64,000 bases of DNA from Paraspadella gotoi (taxonomy: Eukaryota; Animalia; Chaetognatha), in assembly GCA_051294375.1 (NCBI GenBank), contig CM119264.1:10887832-10951831 (forward strand), given 5' to 3'. Positions 27,001 to 37,725 of this stretch are shown piece after piece. Under the pieces are notes generated by a model. The model made no database searches. It was not told where the DNA came from and saw only the letters and a program-made list of their open reading frames with translations. Position 1 is the stretch's first letter. Every line of letters begins with the position of its first letter. The position numbers and the translations under genes are program-made.

Positions 27001-28208
27001 GAACGATCTCGTCCATCACACCAACAGCATTGAATCTCGCTATTATCCCGATAACGACAGTCCGACCGAAAACCTACCCTCGTCCCCCCCCGACGAGAAG
27101 ACTACCTCAAATGTCGAACGTCGCCACACGCGGAACCGGGACAAGAAATTGTCTTCCGCTTCCTGCCCTCCCCTTCACGGGTCCCAGTTAACCAAACAGA
27201 GTTCCGCTAAAATCTCACCTCTCAAAGGAAGTGTGGATCTGAACACTGTCAAAAAACAGTTTGACACAGTCGCCTCGCAGCTGGGAGAAATGATGACGAC
27301 GTCCTCTTCGAAGTTCCATCGACAACTTTCCCCAGCGGGGCCGCCGTCTTCCCCACAGAGAGTCGTCTGGACTGGAGTATTGGCGCCTTCGCCAAAATCC
27401 CCTGCCTCTCCGGACCATCGACCCAAGATCACGATGAAGTTCAAGCGCACTTCCCCCGAGACGCGGTCCCCCGCTAACGAAAGCCTCGCCCCATGCGTTT
27501 GGACAATCGCATCTTCGCCTGTTGGCCCCGCTACAAAAGTTCTTTTTCCAAGCGCGACAAAGAGTGGCGTAGCTTTTTTGTCTCCTTCGCCTTCCTCCAG
27601 TGCGAACGCTATTCCTTCGACTTCTCATTCCTCAAACTCCGCTACAAGTTCGGCCCCAGAATATGCGATCTCCGCTGTTTCTCCAGCAAAAACGGAGCAG
27701 CCGGAATCCAATGATACAAGACCGACCGCTGCGGTAGCTGACGTCCCCACCTTCGAAGTTGCCGACGTGCCTTTGCAGTTCCACACGGTTGCCAATTCCG
27801 TGACCGTATCAACCACGCCGTCTTCCCCTCGTCCGTCTCCAACGAGGTGAACGAATGGTTTGGAATTTTAAGTATTTTTTCCTCCCATAAGGCTGAAAAG
27901 CTTTAACTTCTAAGTTGTTTTTGTCAAATTCTTATGCCAGAACACGTGGAACTCGCTACCAACTTAATCACCGCACCGGCACGGACTGCGTCATTTTCGG
28001 CGCTCAGAATTCCAGGCCCGTCGCCCGCCTTTCCTGCGACGACGACGACGACGACGACGAAGACGACGACGACGACGACCGATATAAGCCTCTCGCCCTA
28101 CCGCGGCCGCCCCTCAAAAGACTTCGACTTATAGTCGGTAACGAGGTCATAAACGTTCCTCTCCCCTCGGAAAGCCCCTCCTCAAACTCTCAAATAAATA
28201 GCGCTTAA
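24096..28208 (+). CDS. KMT5B: Histone H4K20 methyltransferase SUV4-20 (KMT5B/C family), 8 exons, long disordered C-terminal region
   Basis: [81 protein letters not shown]; C-terminal KRLRLIVG motif as in vertebrate SUV420H1. Confidence 0.96.
25686..26307. mobile_element. MITE in a SUV4-20 intron (other copies at ~17848-18060 and 49412-49535 + 51105-51210)
   Basis: TIR tagagcgtagtgaaag / tttttactacgcttta; internal 'gtaggctatatttatatatagtactatcctt' is shared with 51107. Confidence 0.8.
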
Positions 28209-28793
28209 AAACTTCCTTCTGTCAGAACAAAAAAATAAGTGCTTAAAAATGTTCCACATTAAATGAGCAAGATGAATTTCACCTCTTTTTATCGTTCTTT
28301 CCACTTCTTTGTAATGCTCCTTTGTTTCGCCCGATGTTCTTACGTATCGTCAATACCGGAAATAAAGCTGTAGACAAAATTTCCTTAAAGACCTTGTCGA
28401 ACTAAAATGGTCATATCGCATTTTACATTGAGATCAAGCTAGGTTTATCAATGAAATCTTTAAAGAGTTTCCAAGCTAATCTTCTAAAACCGGTGGATAC
28501 TATTTTACCTGGTTTGTATCTATTGTCACAATTAAAACTTAAACTTTGATGAGGATCAGAAATAAGTTATTACTACTATTATAATTAATTATAATTAAAT
28601 TTGATTATTTCACTGTGATTTTTAAATAGTAGATCAAGATGAGATCAAAAAGCTAGCTTGTGATTGAGGATTTTTTCTATTTTTTTTATTAATATTTGCC
28701 AGTATCATTTAGTGTATTGTAGTTTACTTTAGTTTATTAAAGAAAAAATGCCCAAAAAAAACCTCTACTCTCTGCTGAATCAATCGTTAATTC

Positions 28794-28942
28794 TACTTTC
28801 CCCGACCGTGGTTAGGGAGGGGTTAGAGGGGTTAAAAGGGTTTAGGATAATTAGGTAATAATTATTTTAAACATTTTTTTTAAAAACAAGTATTTTTAGA
28901 TGGTTTTTTCAAGAGACGCCAAAACCGCGGTCGGCGAAAGTA
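28794..28942. mobile_element. Short MITE with telomere-like core
   Basis: TIR tactttccccgaccgtggtt / aaccgcggtcggcgaaagta flanking ggttagggaggggttagagggg. Confidence 0.75.
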
Positions 28943-29039
28943 GCGAGATACAAAAACTCCATAATTGCAAAACTATTTTAATTCATCATCACTAGCCTAA
29001 ATTTTACTTAAATTAACTTAAATATTACTTATGACTTAT

Positions 29040-29198
29040 GTCAAGGGTGGGATTTCCAGTGGTACCAGTGGTTCGGGATATCTCCCCAACTGGAAAAGCG
29101 GCTGAGGACCGTCAGAGACCGCCTCCTTTTCCAGGCCAGGGATAGAACCCCGGACTCATGGTTGAGACGAGGTGTTTTAACCCGCTCAGCCACGGGAA
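29040..29198 (-). mobile_element. tRNA-derived SINE-like element
   Basis: Minus strand: A box tggctgagcgg and B box ggttctatccc at tRNA-like spacing; no complete cloverleaf. Confidence 0.62.
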
Positions 29199-29786
29199 GT
29201 CTTAGAGCGGAGAGTCGTGATGAGGCGGTTTGAAGTCGTACCGCCACATACTAACTAAGGATATATTAACGATTTGTGATTGTTGTGAGATGTTACTAAA
29301 ATCTAATGCCAAGGAGTTAAACCCAGAGTTTTACTTTTTAGCTCCTTTCCTATCGGAATTCTGTAATTACCAGTCTTAAATTTTGTTTAGAAAAAACTTG
29401 AGGAATGACCACAATAGTTAACTTACTCTCAACTTCCGACGAACTCTTACCGAAATGAACAGCAGCGATCGTTCTCGATTTGTTTTTGTCTTCCTCTTCC
29501 TTATTCCCTTACGAAAAATAAGTCGCGTCCTCTTCATCCCTCGTTCGAAGCCAGCCAATAAACAACCCTCTTCGCTTTACATCAGTTTCAAATGTACAGA
29601 GAAAAGTCTTGCCTCGCCCTGTCACTCAGTTCAATCGAATTAAACTTAACCAGATTTGCAACTTTTAATCGATATCGGGTTGGCTTTTGAAGTTAGTGAA
29701 AATTATTTGCGCTCAGTTGTATACTTTGCTAAACCCTTTATTAAAAAAAATTCATGTTTTAATTCCTTGATTTTACTCATTTAAAA

Positions 29787-32700
29787 ATGTGTGGTGGCTG
29801 CTGCGAAGAGGTAAGTTTCATACATTCTTGGTTCGAAGTTTCGTTGTTTGACGTTTTAATTTTAGGAGGACGTGAGGACCTCTTCACCGTCACCTCGAGG
29901 GCCCCCAAAGCGAAAAAGTGTTTGTTGCACTGATATTCCTACGCTGATTATCTTCATATTATTTTTAGGTGGAATGGTACGTACTGATTACTGAACCGTA
30001 CTTGTCACTTTTGGAATGTATATCTTATGCTTAGAAAAATTATAATTTTGTCATTTTTTAGGGTTATGTAGCGTTCTTTGCCTTCGTAGAGGGAGATGTA
30101 CACCGTCTGGTTAAAGGTTTCGATTCTTATGGAAATGTTTGTGGCCGAGACAATACGGACAATCCAGTTAATGGCAGCATATATAGTGGCCGAAACATGA
30201 CGGACAGAAAGTACTTTAAACATCAATTCTAAGCTAAGTATTAATTTCTTTCATTAAAATACTCTTTTTAATCGCAGGTATGTATTTTTCATGGATATAA
30301 AATATCCTAAAAGCTCGCTTGAAATATGCGTATCTGAATGTCCTACAGTGAGGTTGAACAATTCCAATCAGTTGGAAAACTACGCAAAAGAAAAAGGTAT
30401 TTTATCGTTCTTTCGGAAATTGTCACTGTGAATGTAATAAGTATAAACTTTAAATAAAACAAAATTATTAATTTATTTTCGAAATTTTTTTCTGCACTTC
30501 TTTTTTTAATAAAACTAATTCCGTAATCAGAATTGAACCCCAGACCTTTAGCATCGAAACATTCTCTTTTTTCCCTCTTTTTATACCTTTTAGTCGGATC
30601 TGCTTATCAGCAGATTCCGACTCTATAATTCACTTTGTCGGTCCTACCCCAAAATCTTAATAAAAAAATTTTGATAAATTAAGCCAAAAAAAGTCCGTCT
30701 GTCTGTCCGTCCGTCACCCTTGAGCATTAAACTCCAATTACTCGTGATTGGATGGGTTGATTGGAATGAAATTTTGTGTGTGGGTAGCAAAGTGTGTGAT
30801 TGAGCTGGATATAAAGATTCGATGGATTCAATAATTAATTAATCATTCAATATTTAATCAATTAATTATTCAATATATTTATAAATTATTTAATCAATCA
30901 ATCATTTAAGTCAATCATTATCGGCATTATTGTCGTCACATCATCGCCGTCGTTGCTTTTGTCGAGGTCAGTGACGAAAAGACCTAAAAATCAAACTAAT
31001 TAATTGCCTAATTAATTATTTTTTTTTTCTTCCTTTTATTTTCTTCTAGATTTTTTAAAAAATAGGATGATTTAAAAACCATGACAGTGACTATTGCCTA
31101 TGATACTCTGGGAGAGCGTTTCTTTTTTAATCTCTGATACAGAAGGCTTCATATTAGAAAATGCTCTTTCGCTTTTTCGAACCAAAAATCGGTTCTGACC
31201 TAATCACTGAACCAAATTTGATACAATTTTGCTTATAGTATCCCAATGCCGTACTAATGGGACTATCGAGGGGATTTTCAATTTTTTACCCCTGAGCTAT
31301 GATTCAGGGGCGCAAAAAATGACCAATTTTTTTTAAAAAAAGGTAAATCTTTTTTGTGGGATCATTAACTTTGTAGAAAAAAATTTTAAAACGAATTTTC
31401 ATTGTGTTTTTAACCTTTTATTTTCGTTGTTAGGATATGATATTTATTTAGTGAAAAGATTTAAAGTAGATTTCACAACGATTTTATTAATAATAAATCG
31501 ACATGGTTCGGCTTTGGTTTGCGTTGATGAACGCTGATGAAGGCTTGCAAACCAAAGCCGAAACATGTCCATTTATTATTAATAAAATCTAAAATATGTG
31601 AAATCTACTTTAAATCTTTTCACTAAAACGAATTTTCAAAAATTTAAATTTATTTTTCTTGATTGATTGATTTAAATTGTTTATTTGTTAGTTCATCATT
31701 TTAGATCTAATTTTTGCTCCCTAACAAAAGTTGGCATGAACCTCCTATGTTCATGATTCTGGAAATAGAGCAAAAATTGGTTTTTCACTACAATAGATAT
31801 TCTTTTCTGGACAAATTAACTTTTCTGCAAATGTTAGGGATTAAAAAAATTTGAAAAAAAATGTCCATTTTTTGCCCACCTGGGCTCACCCCTTAGGGGC
31901 CCATATCTCAGGTCTTAGGTCAAATTTCAAAAATCCCCTCGATAGTCCCATTTCTATTGCCCTATACTTAGTTCATGCAAAATTTCATCAATGTCATTCT
32001 AGTAGTTTGATCGGAACAAATTTTCGGTTCGAAAAAACGAAAGAGCATTTTCTAATAAGAAGCCTTCTGTATATTTCGCTTGTTTTCTATCCCTTGGGTT
32101 TGAGAGTTTTCGCAAACAAACCGACGACAAAAAAAATTTCTGAAAAAAACTCTGGTCCAATATTGTCGATTGCGAATCATTCGCCAACCCTCACCTTCCC
32201 CCCCCCCCAAAAAAAAAAAATTGCAGGCGTCAGCTTTTGCGATTATGGAATCAAACTGGATTCTATTTCATCACAAAAAACTTGTTCGGGGAAAACTGCT
32301 TGTCCAGGTCCTTGTCCCGCTTTACCCGTTTACAAAAGGTAACAAATGCAGCAATTGTATGTACAGATTGCTTTGTAGTACCGACTGTCTTAACATCTGT
32401 TTGCCGTCACTCAGTGAGCCTGTCATCAACCGCTGCTTCCCGTCAGCTATTTTGAGCGAGACTATTGAGCGCCTGCAAAGCCTTGTTCTCTTCTTCAACC
32501 AAGTGGACTTCTTGCAAAGGCTCGCTTTTGACATCACCGTGGCTTGGAAAAAAATGGTGGCTTTAGGCATTCTCGCTCTCAGTGAGTCCTTCTCTATGGA
32601 ATTCAAACCCATTCGATACCAACTTTTTTTCTCTTTTTATTCTAGTCGCCTCACTTCTCATGGTTCTGCTCATCAGATTTTTAGCGGCCGTAATCGTTTA

Positions 32701-34615
32701 CGTCATCATCGTGCTGAGCAGTATTGCTTTGGCCGTCACGACCGGCGTTTTATGGTATCCCATATCTTAATTTGCGCTTGGGGAGCTTTCTCTGTAGTGC
32801 CTTTGTGTGTTTCCCATTTGTGGTTAAAAGACAAAATATACGTGAACGGTTGATTCTGAAGTGGGTTTTGGTTTGGTTATCTTTTTAGTCTCACAAAATG
32901 AACTATGTAAATTTACTACAAAAAAAAAATGTTTTGGTCCTATTCTAAGGTGGATGTGGGTAACTCATGAAACGCCGATTGAAGAGGCAAACCTGGTCCC
33001 CTTTTTGGAAATTGCTTACGACACTAAAACAGCTTTTTTGATATACGCCATCATTTCCTCAGTGGTTACTTTTATTCTCATAGTAGTTTTCATTGCGCTC
33101 AGAAATAGCATCACTCTATGCGTGGAATTGTTTCAGGAGGTATGTCGTTTTTCCTAAGTTGTTTAATGATTAATCGAAATGATTGTAATTTATTTACTTT
33201 ATTTAAGGCTGGACAATTATTGGGCCACTGTCCGTTATTACTCATCCAACCTCTTTGGACGTTCCTTGTTTTGATAATATTTTTAACCTATTGGATTACA
33301 GTTGCCTGTTTTTTAGGAACCGCAGGTATGTGTAACATTAGAAAAAGAATTAATGTTGTATACCAATGGAAATTAGTCGAATGATGTACGTAATTTAAGT
33401 CCAAAATATGACGTCAATCTTTTACTAAATGTCTTTAAATATTGATGCAGGGAAACCCGTCTTTAACAACACCACAAACTTTGTTGAGTTCCAAGATGGC
33501 GTTGTTCTCAAAATTCTTTGGGCTTATCACGCTGTGGGGTTAATTTGGGTGTCTCAGTTCATTTTAGCTTGTCAAGAGTTGGTTATTGGTAGTGTTGTTG
33601 CTACCTTTTACTTTGCAAAGTAAGCAATGAAATTGGGGGCGAGCTTGACTTATCTCTTATCACTTATAACTTTCAAAACAGGGACAAATCAACCGTTTCC
33701 TATCCCATCACAAATGGAATCGGAATAACAATCAAGCATCACCTTGGGTCCATTGCTCTGGGTTCCTTGATAATTACATTGGTCAAAATACCAAGGTGGC
33801 CCCCGAAACGTTGTTCATAACTCCTAATCCAAAATATAATGTTTCTCGTGATTTCCTAGATACATAATTCTTTGGGTTCAACATCAGATGAAAGGGAAAG
33901 AAGACGAGTGTACGAAATGTTGTCTCCGAACTTGTTCCTGCTGTTTGTGGTGCCTTGAGAAATGTCTTAAATTTTTAAATCGAAACGCTTACGTTACAAT
34001 CGCCATTACAGGGTAAGTTACGAAAAGCGAAGATGAAAAATGAGAAAGATCACTATTTTCGGTTTCGCCCTTCAGAAAATCCTTCTGCGCGGCGGCACGA
34101 GAGGCTTTCGCTACGATCGTGCTCAACGCGGGTCGCGTCGCGGCCATCAACTCGATCGGCGATTTCGTTCTTTTCCTTGGCAAAATGGGCGTGGTCGGCA
34201 TCACCGCTACCGCTGGCGTCTTTTGGTTCAAGGTTCCACAATTAATACAGTTTGTATTGGTTACCCATTTCACCGTAATTATCTGTTAAAGGCGGATCCA
34301 GCGACCGAGTATTTCTTTCTTCCTGTCCTCCTCACTTCGATATTTTCCTACTTCATCGCTCACTGCTTCCTGTCTATCTACGAAATGACAGTCGACGCTT
34401 TGCTGCTTTGCTTTTGCGAGGCCGAAAAGCGGAAGGAATTTGAGTTGGAACTTAACCGCTCCATGACCGTAAGAACAAAAACTCACTAAACAATTTTTTT
34501 TTTTTTAGTTTAAAACGTGGTGTACTGTAAGGAAAAAAATATCCTTTTACAGAAACTTATGAAGCAAAGATCCTCCGAGTACGCGGAAGAAATTCCTCTG
34601 GCGGGGAAGGTTTGA
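29787..34615 (+). CDS. SLC44A1: Choline transporter-like protein (SLC44/CTL1-like), about 14 exons
   Basis: MCGGCCE, CCTDIPTL, GFDSYGNVCG, ICVSECP, WVSQFILAC, HHLGSIALGSLII, CLWCLEKCLKFLNRNAY, AAINSIGDFVLFLGK, FIAHCFLSIYEMTVDALLLCFCE. Confidence 0.94.
30583..30800 (+). mobile_element. Helentron-associated (HINE/DINE-1-like) element, 5' part
   Basis: tttttatacc start, hairpin agtcggatctgct-tatc-agcagattccgact and a GTCY microsatellite gtccgtctgtctgtccgtccgtc. A homologous copy lies on the minus strand at 58115-59120. Confidence 0.65.
31140..32069. mobile_element. Tc1/mariner-type MITE with long imperfect TIRs and TA target duplication
   Basis: TA|cagaaggcttcatattagaaaatgctctttcg...cgaaagagcattttctaataagaagccttctg|TA; inner arms atgggactatcgaggggatttt / aaaatcccctcgatagtcccat. 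Confidence 0.9.
31531..31573 (+). ncRNA. Minimal type I hammerhead ribozyme motif with palindromic stem III loop (Penelope-like)
   Basis: acg CTGATGA a ggct(tgcaaaccaa)agcc GAAA catg TC. Confidence 0.75.
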
Positions 34616-35616
34616 AGCTCATTGTGATAGCATTCCCGGAAGCAGGCATTTTGATCTCAACTTGGATCAAAATTTATATTTTAATTTTTTTCCCCAACTT
34701 TTAATAATGAATAATTTCTTTATAGTTTATACGTAGATGCTTCAATTTCTTTTTGTTGTTAACAAAATCAGTTCTTTAAATACTTCTCTCAAACTGATAT
34801 TGTTAGATAAAATCATTTGCTTGATTTTTAACGATATTTTATTGATAACCGATATTGCATGTGTATTTTGTTTTCGTCTTTTATTTCATTGAAAATTATA
34901 ACTTTTTCATTTTGAATGTATGGTCATTGCTCAATGCTTAACCTGTACTATCTAGCCTTTTAGTTCTAGTTCGCTGTAATTTTGAAATTATTAACTACAT
35001 AAGGCAGTTTACTGATGGTTTTAAATTTTAGGTTTGCATAAGTTGCAAATTTGGATTGCACTTCTGTTTTGTTGTTGGAGTGAACAAGCTAGAAGTTTGT
35101 TTTAATTTTTACATATTTAGGAATTATTTGTGACTGGCAAACTTAAAAAAGGGGATTTTATTGCTGGCAAGGGGGGTTTTAATTTTTCTATTGTCTTCCA
35201 ATTTTTTTTTCTGTTGCTCTTTTACTGCTTTTGATCACGCTTGCACTATGGAATTGGTATAAAAAATTCATTCACACCAAATCATTGAAAGTAACATTTT
35301 ATTCGGTGAATTAAAATATACAATGTTTTTTATAGCAGTTCGCTGTTCATTAAAGTAATTTACTCAAGACAGGTTTTTCTTGGATTAAAGAAGAGCGAAT
35401 AGTATTAATAATAATATTATTATTAACATTAATAATATTAATATATAATTATAATATTAATAATAATAAGTACTATAAAACGTTACTTTTTCATACGGTT
35501 TTACTGCATACTAACCAAAACCAAAATTTTCGAGCAGCCGAATACGGTTCTATGCATACTGATATTGTTTCAACGTTTTGTAAGTAGTGTTTGAGTTGTA
35601 TTTGAACTCAAGATTT

Positions 35617-36432
35617 TTATTGCGTTGATGATCCCTCGTCAGCCACAGCATAAACTAAACAAACATTTTTTTTCGTTAAGGTTGGTTATAATTTTCAAGT
35701 ACACAAAATTTACTTTTTACCTGTAAAGTATAAAGTTAAGATTACCGCAACTGTTATGATAGTAACAATAATTGCCGCAATAGCGATTTTCTTTGCAACA
35801 TTTCCTACAAAGAAAATATATTTTATCTCAAATAAATAAAATATAAAGAAAATATCGTTTCTTACCAAGTGAGCGACCGTCTTCCAATCGTCCATTGTCC
35901 GAGGCAGATCTCGACAAAACGGAGCAAACAAACGCGAGAAACCCTGAAAGTTGTTTTAATGTGCTAGATTCGGTTGATCTGGAATTTAAAAATTCGCTAA
36001 AATGTCTAATATTTTCAAATTCATAAATTTGGTATAATGATCTAAAAAGTTCATAATTTATTAGGTTTAACAAAAGTTTGATACCTTACCTAAACACAAA
36101 ACGTCAAAAAACAGACAGGTGATTATAGTGAGAATGAGATAGTCGGGAGCTCTCTCCTTGGCCGCGGGCGGATTGACCGTTGGCGAATGATATTCGTATG
36201 GATTATTCGGATCTTGTTCCCCTTGGTAGTTTTGCGACGGATACTGAGGTGGCTGGCTCTGCAAGGCTGGGGCGGGTTGCTCCGGCGAGCCGTTTCGTGG
36301 TTCTTGCGTGCCTTTAGTTAATTAGTAAATTAGTGAATTAATGAAAAATTGTTATTGTCGTAAAACTGTTTCAATCGCGTCACCGTAGGACGGCGGAGAC
36401 TCCATCGCCTTCTCCGTTTCTGAAGAATCCAT
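35617..36432 (-). CDS. CD225/dispanin family (IFITM/PRRT-like) membrane protein, 5 exons
   Basis: Pro/Gln/Tyr-rich N-terminus, then APDYLILTIITCLFFDVLCLGFLAFVCSVLSRSASDNGRLEDGRSLGNVAKK followed by a TM helix. All introns are phase 1. Confidence 0.88.
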
Positions 36433-37205
36433 TTTTTTTATTATTCCAGGAAGAAAAAAAAAATTTATTTAACTTAATCGAATACGCATATCACGTTTTT
36501 TTGAAATAGGACCAGTTACTCGAGTGGCTTCAAAACGGGATGAACCGGTATTTTTCAGAATTTAACGTTTGTCCTTCGCCAGGAGCTCAATATCTTTCTC
36601 AAAAACCGGCTTTTCACTAACGAAAAGAGTCGACGCAATACGTTTAGGACGGAATAGCGAAGTTACGACGTGGTCTATTTAAGCGTTTCAAACTATTATG
36701 CTGAATTTGGAAGTGGAAGATATGGATAAATAAATATTAGCTACCTTTTAACAACAATACTATTTAGAAACCCCCACTCGGGATAACTGCTATTGTTCAA
36801 TTAGAAATTGAAAAAGTCAAAAAAGCTAATTAAAGCAAGAAGAGCTTCTCGTAAAACCTGTATTTTTTACACTCCAAATTTTTATTAATCGCTTTATAAG
36901 TCTTTATCTATTTTTTCGTCAATCAAGGTCGTTTTGCTATGAAAGCTAATTCGCTGAAAGCAAATTCTACGCAATGCATTCAAACATTTATATGTACTTT
37001 TATGTACTATGTTTTAACTTTTATGGCACTTGTATTTCTCCAGGTACAGAAATATGGATCCCAACAGTCATATAAGGCATGCGAGGGAAACAAAAAACCA
37101 CGGAATTTAACCAACTTCAAAACAACTTTGGTGAAACAGGAAACAAAGCAACATGCTGGTGTAATAGTATCTAGTTAGTCTGGCCCCCAAAGATCCCAAA
37201 AAGGA

Positions 37206-37674
37206 TCACCCAGCTCCGGCGCCCTCCCCGTGCTCTTCGAGTCGGATAAATTTGTAGCATCCATCAGGCAGCTGCTCCTGAATGTCTTCAATGTTGGCCA
37301 CGTCCTTCTCCAGCTGCGTCAGATCTAGTGTGTACTCGTCGATAAGTGTCTGCTGTTGCTTGGCGCCGACCTCGAGACGCGATAGTTGCTCGTCGAGATT
37401 CATGGCCCCCAGCTGATCCTCCAGCCCTTCCAACTCGCGTCCGAGCTGGCCGAGAAAACCTGGGTTAACGGTACCGACTCTAGAGAGTTCGTCGAGAAGG
37501 CGCATGAGATCGTCAAGCACGTCGTCGGCCTTGTCGATGGCCGCGTCGGCGTCGCGTTTAGCGTCGTTGGCGATGCGATTGGCGTCGTCGGCACGGCCAA
37601 GATCCCGATCGGCTTGGTTCATCAACGCTGTTTTAATTTGAGAGATGTATTTTAAACCGAATCAGAAACATTTT

Positions 37675-37725
<51 letters not shown>

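Noticed and set aside
32755-32950. U12-type intron in SLC44 (GTATCCCA donor)
   Set aside because: Does not match GTATCCTT and has no TCCTTAAC branch site; the GTATCCTT at ~41990 is not in a gene
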